NCBI GenBank assembly: GCA_034780895.1
Contig: JAUZTB010000033.1
Location: forward strand, 8,213,513-8,277,512
Direction: 5' to 3'
Origin: Rhynchobatus australiae
Taxonomy: Eukaryota
DNA length: 64,000 bases
Numbering within the stretch: position 1 is the stretch's first letter; each line of letters opens with the position of its first letter. The notes under the pieces were generated by a model, which saw only the letters and a list, made by a program, of their open reading frames with translations, had not been told where the DNA came from and searched no databases. A program made the translations under genes and the position numbers. Of this stretch, positions 40,201 through 52,200 are shown one piece after another.

Positions 40201-43200
40201 GATTCCAGCCAAGCTCCAAACCATAACTTTTGTAAAACTTGTGAAATATCCCACTGTGCTTTTCAGGGACATTATCAATGGAAATCCAAATGTCTTTTTA
40301 TGCAGCCAGAGAAGACCAAAAAGTAGATTTAAGCATGGAGACTAAAAGGCATGGCAAAAAGTACTGATGAATACTTTGGGACTGTGTTTACCACAGAAGA
40401 AAAAGCTGCCAAGTTACAGTAAAAGAAGAGGCATATAATTCATAATTAGAAAAAGGGAATAAAATATAAGAAATAGAAACAGGAGTGATCTTGCCATTCA
40501 AGCCTACTCTACCATTCATTGAAAGTATGACTGATCTGCCTTGACTCTATTTTTCTTCATTATCCCCATATCTTTCAATTTCCTTAAACAGCATATTTCT
40601 GGATATTTTCATTGAACCCCGTGCTTGAAGAAATATCTCCTCATTTCAGTACTCAGTGGCCTACCTTTTATTCTCAGTGTGACTGCTGGTTCTAGACTTG
40701 GCCAGGGAAATGTCCTCCCTGTGCAACCTATTGATCCCTGTAGGAGTTTTATAAGTTTCCATGGAAAGCTGACTAGACTTGGATAAGTCACCAGCTTTGT
40801 GTGATAGATCCAAGGTTACTGAATGGTGAAAGTTGTAGAGGTCTGGGACGTGTCCTTCTGATTTTATCTAAATACGGAATGGTCTACGTAAGTATGTAAA
40901 TACAGAACAGAAACAGACCCTTTGGCCCATCAAGTCCATGCTGACCATCACCCACTTACACTCATCCCTTTTTTTATTCTCCCCACATTCCCATCAAATT
41001 TCTCCAGGTTCCACACGGGGACAATTTACAGCTTAATTAACCTACTTAGCTGCAGGTCTTTATGTGTGAGGACACCAGAGCACCTGGGGGCAACCCACAC
41101 GGTCACAGAGAGAATGTGCAAACTCCAAATATACAGCACCCCGAGGTCAGGATCGAACCTGGGTCTCTGGCGCTGTAAGGCAGCAGCTCTACTAGCTGCT
41201 CCACTGTACTACCTGAATGGCTTTAGAGGAAAATTGCAAATCTTACATATTTCAAAGATAACCCAGCAACCTTAAGCTCATTAGTTTAACTTCTTTTGTG
41301 GGGAAACTAATAATTCAGGACAAAATGAATACTCATTTGGAAATTGAAGATTAATAAAGGGAAGCAAACATGGGTTTGATAAAGGCAAATCATGTTAAAG
41401 TATCTGAATGCACATTTCATGAAATAGTAGAGAATTGAAGTCATTGCAGTTGTTTGTATTTTCAAAGGTTATTTGATAAAGTGTAATAAAAAACTTGTCA
41501 GCATAATTGAGACCTATGGAATAAAATTGACTTTGGCAGTGTGATTAAGAAATTTGGCTTGGGGCAGAAAAAAGATTAATGGTGAATGGTTGCTTTTTGG
41601 ACTGGAGAAGGATGAAATTTGTTCCCCTGTGTGTGGTGTTGGGACCACAGCATGTATGTAGGACACAATTTCTAAACTTGAAGTGTGGCAAGCCATGAGA
41701 AGGCTAGTGAGAGCAACACAGCAAAGAGCATGCCCTTAGCACCCACTCCACTATTCAATAAGATCATTGCAGATCATCCACTTCAATATCCTGTTCCCAC
41801 CTTCTCAATTGGTCTCTTTAGCATTAAGAAATACATTTTCTAATATATTTAATGATGACTCCTCTGCTTTCCGTGGTAGATAATTTCACAGGTTTGCCAC
41901 CCTCTGGGTGAAGAAATTACTCCTGATCTCTGTTCTAAATAGTATAGTTCCATGTCCTGAGATTGTGACCTCCTGTTCTGACTCCCCAGCTGTTAGGGAT
42001 GTCTTCTCTGCATCTAGTTGTCTACTCCTGTTAGAATTTTGATATCAGAACTTTACAAAATACATGGACTGGTGGGATGATGAAATTTAACACTGGTGCA
42101 GAATTATGTATTTAGCTAGTAAGAGTAAAGGGTGGCAATATAATCTTTACAAATCATTTCTAAAAGAAGCTCTGGGAGCAAAGAGGCAGTGTCCACAAAT
42201 CTTTGAAATTGGCAGGAGATGTTGCGAAAGCTGTTTTAAAAAGGCTTGATGGATCCTGGGCTTTGTAAATAGAGGCTCAAAGTGCAAAAGCAAAGCAGTT
42301 ATATTTAACACTAAAGACACTGGCTTGGAAAGAAAGTCTCAATCTGGGCATTGTGCTTCGGGAAGAATGCAGAAAAGTCAGGGATGATAGATTTCAGTCA
42401 ACCGGAATAGCAGGGAATGCTCTCCTGGGAGCAGCCTAGGTGGGGAAGAGATTGGGCAAGTGTTTGTAATCATCATGAAATTTAAAAAATGTTCTACTGG
42501 AGGATGGGTTGAGAACCACAAGTTTGCTGATGATGGCATAACAATCAAAGGTGATAAGAGAAAAGCTTTTTCATTCAGAGAGTATTCATGATGAGGAATT
42601 CACCCAGAAGATTAGGGAAGCAGTTTCAATCACAACATTCAAAAACTAATCAGATAACTGCATGGGTTTAAAAATAAATGCAGGTCTCTGGGGTAAAGGT
42701 AGAAATGCTCTGGATCACTTTTACTTTAAAAAGTTAACTTAGGCTCAAAGGCCTCCTGTCACTAAGCAACATTAAATATTAAGACAAATGTCCAAAAAAA
42801 TTGTGGGCCTTATTAAAAGAACATAGAAATGAGAAATTTGGGGATGGTTCTAGACTAATGCGTCACTGAAAGTTATCAAGAAAAATCAAAGATTCAAGGA
42901 TGCAGGTCAGAATTTGAGGATTGCAGATCTCTTGGTCAGAGATAACAGGTTGCCTGAAATGGGTGGGACAAGGTCACAGAACATTTAAAATAAAAAATGA
43001 CATTTGCAGGAAAAGACACCGAGAAATGTTGTAATGCAGGAGGAGGCTAATTAGCCTGTGTCGTGCTGACGGAGGACGAACTGCCTTGCTTTAATCCCAG
43101 TTTCCAGCATGAGGTCTGCAGCTGTGCAGTAGATTATGGCTCTTCACATCCACCAAGAGGGTTTCTGCCTCTACCAACCTTTCAGACAGTGAGTTTTGGA

Positions 43201-46200
43201 CCTCAACCACCACCTCAATGAAAAAAAGATTTTCTTCACTTCCCTTCTAATCCTACCAATTACCTTGTATCTATGTGCCCTGATCTTTAACTCTTGGTAA
43301 GGGAAATACTAATCTTGGCCCCTCATAACTTTAGGCACCTCAATTAAATCTCTTCTCGACCTCCCCTATTACAAAGAAAACAACCCTGGCTCATCCAGTC
43401 TTTCTTCACTACTGCAATTTTCCAGTCCTGGCAATGTGTGAAAGTGCAACATCTTTCCTGTAATGTGGTGACTAACTGGACTGGGAGCTATTGTATGTCA
43501 GTGCGGACAATCTGTCTCTACATGGTTTCTTCATTTCCACTCTATCCTATAGAGGAGATGGGGAAAATTAATTTGCACCCAGAGGGTGATAGAAATCTGG
43601 AACTTGCTGTCTGAAAGGTTGGCAGAACCATAACGTATAAGATTACAGATGTCATGCCGGAAACTGGGATTAAACAGGGTAGTTTTTTTCCAAGGGCTAA
43701 GTAGTCTCCTGTATCATAAATTTTTTTATGAATCTGCCTTTATTTGAATGTCCCTTTTCATGGAGCTCAAATTAATATGAACTATTTATTTCGTGGAGGT
43801 GAGTTTCAGGACAGCCAAGACAGTTGACCAGTTTTTCCTGAGGATTGACCATGAATTTCTGTGATGCATGTTAGCGTTGGCAAATGAAAGTTGGAACTTT
43901 ATGAAATGAATAAGGAAGAAAGTACTTTAAAGTATTCTCAGAATTATAATGCACTATCCTGCTGTTGTCTTGATTTAACAATGGTCTCTGCCAGAGACCC
44001 AGGGTTTTGAATGGAGGGAGAGGTTGTTGACCTTAGTTGTGTGATGCAGCTGAATTAATATACAGCTGAGATAACAGATCAGAGAACTAATTCCCTTGAG
44101 CCCTTCCTGTGCAGATGGTAACAGTGCATTTGCCACTTAATCAACATATTCTGGTTTTGGTTCTGAAAGCTTCCTCTTTGTTTCTTAATGTATTTAATGT
44201 TTTGAACCTAAAACTTAAAATATCTCTCCAATTGGCACAAGAAGCATCCACTCTAATGCATCAAAGCCCTGTTGTGGCCTGAGTCCAAGATATTTAATTT
44301 GATGTGNNNNNNNNNNNNNNNNNNNNNNNNNNNNNNNNNNNNNNNNNNNNNNNNNNNNNNNNNNNNNNNNNNNNNNNNNNNNNNNNNNNNNNNNNNNNNN
44401 NNNNNNGAGGACAAGGAGAGATTTTTGAATTAAATCTTGGCATTCAGCTTAAGCAGATAATGGCAGTATTCATTTTAATGATTTTCTTGTAAAACATGAC
44501 TTTTTACATGCAGGTTTCAAGTTCAATTGTATGAAAAGATGTATCACAAAGCTTTTAATAAACTCTATTCTTAGTGCCTTCTAACCTGAGACTATAGAAA
44601 TGATTTAACTCAAAGACGGGTGCATGGGGCATGTTCTTTTGCTGCTGCATTGGAGGTGCTTGATCCATTTTAAGAGTTCTGCCCTTCACTCACCGCTGTT
44701 CTTCTGAAATACATTTCCAGGAGCATCCTGCTAACTTTAGGATACTCAGACCAGGTAGTCCTGGGAAATCCAGGCTGGCAATTAGTTCAATTGCAGTAGG
44801 GAAGGACTTGGAAGCACTTCCAGGTGAAGAATGGTAGAGTGATGCAACTGCAGAAATACTTCCACCCAAGGTTGGCTTTCTGCCGGACCACTGAATACCA
44901 GGTCCACATTGCACAACCATTCAGATAAATGTTCAAAAAATAAAAGGGCTCTGATTTGCACACAATTATGGGCTTCTGATAAAATGTGGCAAATCAAAGC
45001 CAAACATTGGTCAAGTCTTCAGGCAGTTTTGATGCAGGCGATGAAGTTCACGAGTCGAAGGGGATGGCTCTAGCTAAATAATGGCTCAGAGTATTTTCTT
45101 TGAACCCAGGATAGCACTTTTTATTTATCTTTCAAGATCTGGGCTTCACTAGCAAAGTTAGCATTTATTGCCTACCTTAATTGCCCCTGTGCCACCTTGT
45201 TAAATACTACAATTGTTCTGATAAAGGTACTCTCACAATGCTGATGGGTAGGGAGGACCAGGATACAGAACCAAAGATGAAGGACTTGCATTATATTTCC
45301 AACTCAGTGTGTTGTGCAACTTGGAGGGAAACCTGCAAATGGCAACATTCCCAGTACCTACTCCCCGTGTCCTTGTTGCTTGAGGTCATAGATTTGGGAG
45401 GCACTATCAGAGTAGCCTAACCAAGTAACTGCAGAGCATTTTATAGATGGTACACACTTCAGCCTCTTGTGTATTCAAAGTGGAGGGAACAAATGGTTAA
45501 GTTAGTTGATTGGGTACCAGTCAAGTGGGATACTGTGTCTTGATTGGTGTCAAGCTTCTTGAGAGTTGTTGGAGTTGCACTCATTCAGGCAAGTAGAGAA
45601 ACTTTCATCACATCCTTAACTTTTGCCTTGTAAACCACAGAAAGTCTTTGCGACATCAGAAGGTGTGTCAGTTTCCACAGGATACACAGCCTCCAATCTG
45701 CTCTTGTAACCACAGTATTTATGTGGCTTTCTGGTCAATGGTAACCCGAAGCATGTTGATGGTGAGGGATTTGGTGTTGGTTATGCCACGGTAGGTAGTT
45801 AAACCCTCTCTTGTTGGTCACTGCCTGGCACTTTATGACATGAATGTTACCTGCCACTTATCACCCCATGTCTGAATGGTTGCGTAGGTCCTGCTGCATG
45901 CAGGGATGGGAGCTTCATTTGCTGAAGAGCTTCAATTGGAATTGAGCATTGTGCAAACATCAGCAATAGTCACCACTTCTGATCTGATGATGAAGCAGCT
46001 GATGCAGATGGTTCAACCTGCAGCGATGTCCTGGGGTTGATTGATCTCCAACAACCATGACCACTTTCTTTCTGCAACTAAACCAAACTGGTCACTGGGA
46101 AACAAGTTATTGTTAATAAGTGGTGCATGATACTTTCCATTGACTTTGTTTCTGGCATGTATCCTCTATTCCTTCAAATAGCATAATAGTGGCCTGTAGA

Positions 46201-49180
46201 ACTTCAAGCAATATCTTTACAATTTCAGAATTACTTAATTCAAACTACTGCAAAATCTTTTGATACAGCATTTAATATATCCTGCTGTGACCTGAAGCTT
46301 GAATGAGGAGAGCTGGCACTGATGAAGGCACTAGTTCACTTACTGAAATGTCACTCAAAAGTACTTTGTTTATCTTATCAGCATAGAGAATTTCCACATG
46401 TATCTTGAAGACATCATACGACATCGATGGGAACTTGAAGAGGGGAAGGAAAACCCACTGCAGGGAATACACTTTAGGGCTCTTTCTTCCAGGATAATTG
46501 TAGAAATTTTGCACAGACTCTGTGATTACCGTCTGGATGCCACAGATGTATTTGACCTTCTCAAGGTGAGGGTTTTTTCTGAAATGTATTATGGTACAAG
46601 GTATCTAACTAAGCACAATGGCATGCAGCAGCATTGGTCACGTTGTTGAAATGTTGATGTTTCTGTAAATTCAGTGCATAAAGGATTACAGTACCATTTA
46701 CATTGCTTGGTGCTTGTGTACAGCAATTTTTCCAAGCTGCTAACCTTGTGTGGTGTAAGATTTGTTTTTGAATGGCTTCCCAGTCCAGCTCTAAAGTTGG
46801 TTAATACATCTTGCCCATAAGATCTTGCACTTTGTTCTTCTCTGATTTAAGATGCTTTTTCACCTATTTCTTTCAAAGTTACATTAATTATAGTTTTTGT
46901 TAAAACATTGCTGTTAATACAGGAACATCAGAAAAACTGAGATGGGAAAGGACATCTATACTGAATTTCGCTGTTGTATTAATGCTATCCTAAACTGTTT
47001 AAATGTTTCCAAATTCACTATCCTACTTAAAATTATCAAAGATTTAATTCCTTATTATTTTTAAATGAATTTCAAGTTTCTTTTCATTGATTTAATTTGT
47101 ATACAACTGATCATTATAGAGTCAGAGTTCTACAACATGGTAGATTGAATAGGAACCATTTCTATCATGCCTGTCTATATTCATCCCATTTGCTTGCATT
47201 AGTTCCATATCCCTCTATGCCCTGTTCATTCAGGTACCTATAAAGATGCCTCTTAAACGTTTGTAACTGTTCCTGCTTCTGCCAGTCTGGCAGCTCATTC
47301 CAGATACCAACTACTTTTGTATGGGGAAAAATTTACCCTTCAAATCTCCTTTTAAAACTCCTTCCTCTCACCTTAAACCTGTGTGCTCTAGTTTTAGACT
47401 CCCCTGCCATCAGGAACAGACGCTGGTAGATAATCTGAGCCTCTCATAATGGTATATACTTTTTTAATATGTCTCCTTTCGGCCTCCTTCAGTCCAAGGA
47501 AAACAATCCTAGCCAATTCAATTTCCCCTGATGACCCAAGCCCTCCAATCCAGGTAACATCCTTGTGATACTTTTCTGCGCCTTTCCTATAGTGTGGGTG
47601 ACCAGAACGGCACACAATACTCCGTGCAGTCTAGCCAACATTTTGTACAACTGTAACATCCCAACTCTTATACTCAGTTCCTCGGCTGATGAAGGCACGT
47701 ATGCTATATGCCTTCCTCGCTGCCCTGTCTACATGTGTTCCCATTTTCAGGAAACTATGTACTTGTACCCCAAGGTGTCTGTTCAACAACATTCCCCGGG
47801 CCTTGCCATTCACTATGTCCTGGCCTGGTCTCGCTTCCTGAAATGCATCACTTTGCACTTGTCTGAGTTAAATTCCATCTGCTTTTCCCTTGCCTGCTTT
47901 ACCATTTGTTTCATATCCTGTTGTAACCTTAGACAACCTTCACTGGTTCCCCTGGCCTGATTGACATTCTAAGTTTACATTGTCCAAGCCATTTAATATT
48001 AATGAAGTTGCCCTTTTTCCTCCAGGCTGTAAAAGTTAGGCTCCTTTGCTTGTAGAATAATGGAATGGTCCAGCACACAGCCCAATCTGTTCATATCTGT
48101 GCCAGCTCATTGGGAGAACTGTCCAGTATATCCTCTGCTCTTTCTCCACAATGCTGTATATTTAAAAAAAGAAACTGGATTAAGTACTTCAAAGGAAATA
48201 ATTTAGTTATGTTGACGTGTGCATCCATGCTTCACCAACCTCCACTCCCCCATGGCCACCCAACCTCTTCTAGATGCCGTATTCCAAATCAAGACAACTC
48301 ACAGCTTTAAAGGCCTTTGTCTGCCCTAAGGAGGAGTACCCAATGTTCCATGTTCCTGGTGAAGCCTTAATATTAAGTATGGTACTCAAATTGAAGATGG
48401 TAGTAGAACTATGGCCTGAAAAGATGTTTTACAAAACTTGTGTGGTTTCTTTGCACTTGTATCTTGTGCCTCTGTTAATAAAACTAAAGATGCTTTTTCT
48501 TCAAGTTATTTTCACAATGTATCTTGCTCCCTTTGGAGATTTGTGTACAACTCTCTGTCCCTGCATCCTCTTAAACTTTTGATTATTTGCCTCTTTTTCT
48601 TTGTGAAAATGTATCAGTTTACACTCTTGTGATAAATTTTATTGGCTGTGCATCTGTCATCTTCACCAATCTATATGACCTCTTGAAATCTCTTTGTTAC
48701 CTGCAAACTATAAAATTTATGTCCTGTTCTGGTCATCCGAATGCCCGACCTATGCACAGCCATAGATATGAACAAGTTCCCATAATATTATGTTTGAACT
48801 GCAAAAATAGTTTCCCCTCCCTCCACTTTTAGTAATTGTTTCTTATCAGTCTTGTATGTGTTTTGATGCAATTCATTACGACACTGTGGGTACTGTTAGA
48901 ATATCAAGTGATTTTGTTGTATTTTCCGATGAGGACAAAATCGACTTGCAGGCATCTGTAAAAATGGAACCCATTCATTATCTGTGTATCTAAGTTTGTA
49001 TAATTACTGTATTTAAAGAGGAACCACGGTCCTAATCCTGAACTTGGGTATCACANNNNNNNNNNNNNNNNNNNNNNNNNNNNNNNNNNNNNNNNNNNNN
49101 NNNNNNNNNNNNNNNNNNNNNNNNNNNNNNNNNNNNNNNNNNNNNNNNNNNNNNNAACTGTGTGTGTCTCTCTCTCCTGT

Positions 49181-49229
<49 letters not shown>

Positions 49230-52200
49230 GAAAAATAGCCAGTGCAAGGACTTGACCCATCTTTAACTCCCCCACCCTAGGCAATTTGTCTCTGCAGGTT
49301 GTGCTTAATAAATTTCTCCATGTCTTATAACTTTTGTGGGTATTTTACACTTTTAATCAGTTTAATGAGATTTGTAGACTATAGAAAAAAATAAAGGTCT
49401 TTATTGGGAAGAATAGCAAGGTTTTGAATTCAACTCTTTGTATCACGTATATGAATTTTGTTTCAGGGTCTTGAAGCAGATAGCTTAAGAGTAGAGGCTC
49501 TCGGAGAGGACAACACTGGGGCTCGATACTGGTATTTCTATGGCACCAGGCTGTACAAAGAGCTGCCTCCACCAGCACCGCCAAAGGAGGAACCAAAATA
49601 TAAAACATCAAAGAATGATAATAAGTAATTTACATTTTGTATTGTAAATAGTTTAAATTTGTTTAAAAGTAAGGCTGATTTGAATTAGCTGTTAATTGAG
49701 TGAAAATATTCAAGTTGGTCAGTGTGCTATGCTGTTTCTTAATTGATGGATAGGAATGAGAGAGATCGTGGACATTTCAAGTAAATCTTGAATAGGTGCT
49801 GCCCTGGTGATTTTCTTATTGTCCTTTCCCCCCACAGTTATTCTTCTGGAAGCCATGGGTTGATATTACCAATGTTTTTACTTTTTAGAATAAAAACAAA
49901 CATTGGAGGAGGAATAGACTGTTCAAGATGTTCATGGCAGATCCTCTAGCTCAATGTCATATTCCTAGTATCTCCCCTCTCATGTCTTTTGTGTCGAGAT
50001 TGCTTGTGCCTTTGTAACAAGATATTTTCTTAGTATTCCAGATACTAGTTTTCATCTCTGAATTCTACGTCTTAGCTTTCCCAATTTGCTCATTTTAAAA
50101 CAATTGACTTCGTTATTTGCCTGTGTCACAGATCTAATATCTTCAGCCAGCCTTTGAACAAATTATTTAATGCAGCAGCAAACAATCAGCTGGAAGAACT
50201 CAGTGAGTTGAGCAGCATCTGTGATGGCCCGTACAAAAAAAAAGAGGGGGAGCAGTGAGACTCCCCTTTCACCCCCACCCCCATCTGGTTCTGGTTACAT
50301 CTGCCCTTCACCTCTCCCCTAATAATTCCCTTTATCACCTTCCATACTTATCAGATTCTAGCACCAATAGCCTTTGTGTTCCACCTTATCACCCTCCTTG
50401 CTGTCTCCACCTTCAATCCCCTCCCTACACATGACTCCATCTGTCTTTTCTGTCTGTGTGCCTCTATCTGTCACCCAACTGCATCTGCCTCCCAATTCCA
50501 CCCCCTCCCCCTCGTCCATCTGGCTCCATCTGCCTGTCATCCTTCACCCTTCCTTGGTCCGTCAGTCACCTACTGGCCTCTTTCTCACCACTACCTCTCT
50601 CTTCCCTCCCCATTCTTACTCCTGATGCAGGGCTTCCACCCAATACGTTGACAATTCCTTCCCCTTCTCCCACTGACCCCCACCCCCTCAAGCAGCTACT
50701 CTTTGGCCCACTGAGTTCCTTCAGCAGATTGTTTGTTGCTCCAGATTCCAGCATCTGCAGTCTCTAGTGCCTCTTAAATACAGAACTTTGCATTACCTGA
50801 GATGGTTCCAGGAACTAAGTTGAATAGTATATCACCTATTTGGAAATGGTTTTGTGATTTTTGTAAATCTTTCATAATCCTTGAAGATCAGGTGCTGACC
50901 AGAGCCCCCACATCTATACTTTCAGAAAATGTTTGATTCACAGCTCTAGAGCATTAGACAGAGACAGTGGATGAACTGCCCTGCCCATTATCGGTGCAGA
51001 TAGTCATTGTAATTCCCCGTTCTCACTCGTTCCATCTGTGGATCTGAAGACTGCAGTTGAAGTAAAATGGAAGTGGTTAAATGATCAAAGACAAATTATT
51101 TGCTTTGAGATGTGGGCAAGGCCGGTATTTATTGCTCCTTTCCAATTATCATTGAGACAATGATAATGAACCAGCATCTTGGATAGTTGAAGTCATTCTG
51201 GTGCTCATCAGCTTCTTAGTTTTCGAGCAAACAAAAGCAATTTAGGATGATGTGGGATATGGAGGCAAATTTCAAAGTGGGAGATTTTCCCATGCTCCTC
51301 ATGTCTTTGACCGAGGTGGTAGAGGTTTTGGGTGATACTGAGGTGGTCTTGGCAAGTAATTGCGGTGCATTTTGTAGATGCAAACATGGTGTGCTCATGA
51401 TGGAGGGAATGAATGTGGCATGTCCAGGATAAAGTGGGCTGCTTTCCCTGGATGGCTTTGTACACCAAAAGTGACCTTTTGTAATCATTTAACGACTTGA
51501 AGCATGAATGCAGAGTAGTGAGTGTCAACCTCCAATGGGTCACNNNNNNNNNNNNNNNNNNNNNNNNNNNNNNNNNNNNNNNNNNNNNNNNNNNNNNNNN
51601 NNNNNNNNNNNNNNNNNNNNNNNNNNNNNNNNNNNNNNNNNNNNNNNNNNNNNNNNNNNNNNNNNNNNNNNNNNNNNNNNNNNNNNNNNNNNNNNNNNNN
51701 NNNNNNNNNNNNNNNNNNNNNNNNNNNNNNNNNNNNNNNNNNNNNNNNNNNNNNNNNNNNNNNNNNNNNNNNNNNNNNNNNNNNNNNNNNNNNNNNNNNN
51801 NNNNNNNNNNNNNNNNNNNNNNNNNNNNNNNNNNNNNNNNNNNNNNNNNNNNNNNNNNNNNNNNNNNNNNNNNNNNNNNNNNNNNNNNNNNNNNNNNNNN
51901 NNNNNNNNNNNNNNNNNNNNNNNNNNNNNNNNNNNNNNNNNNNNNNNNNNNNNNNNNNNNNNNNNNNNNNNNNNNNNNNNNNNNNNNNNNNNNNNNNNNN
52001 NNNNNNNNNNNNNNNNNNNNNNNNNNNNNNNNNNNNNNNNNNNNNNNNNNNNNNNNNNNNNNNNNNNNNNNNNNNNNNNNNNNNNNNNNNNNNNNNNNNN
52101 NNNNNNNNNNNNNNNNNNNNNNNNNNNNNNNNNNNNNNNNNNNNNNNNNNNNNNNNNNNNNNNGAGGTCACTGCAACAAGTCCTTGATTTGCATTCCTAC

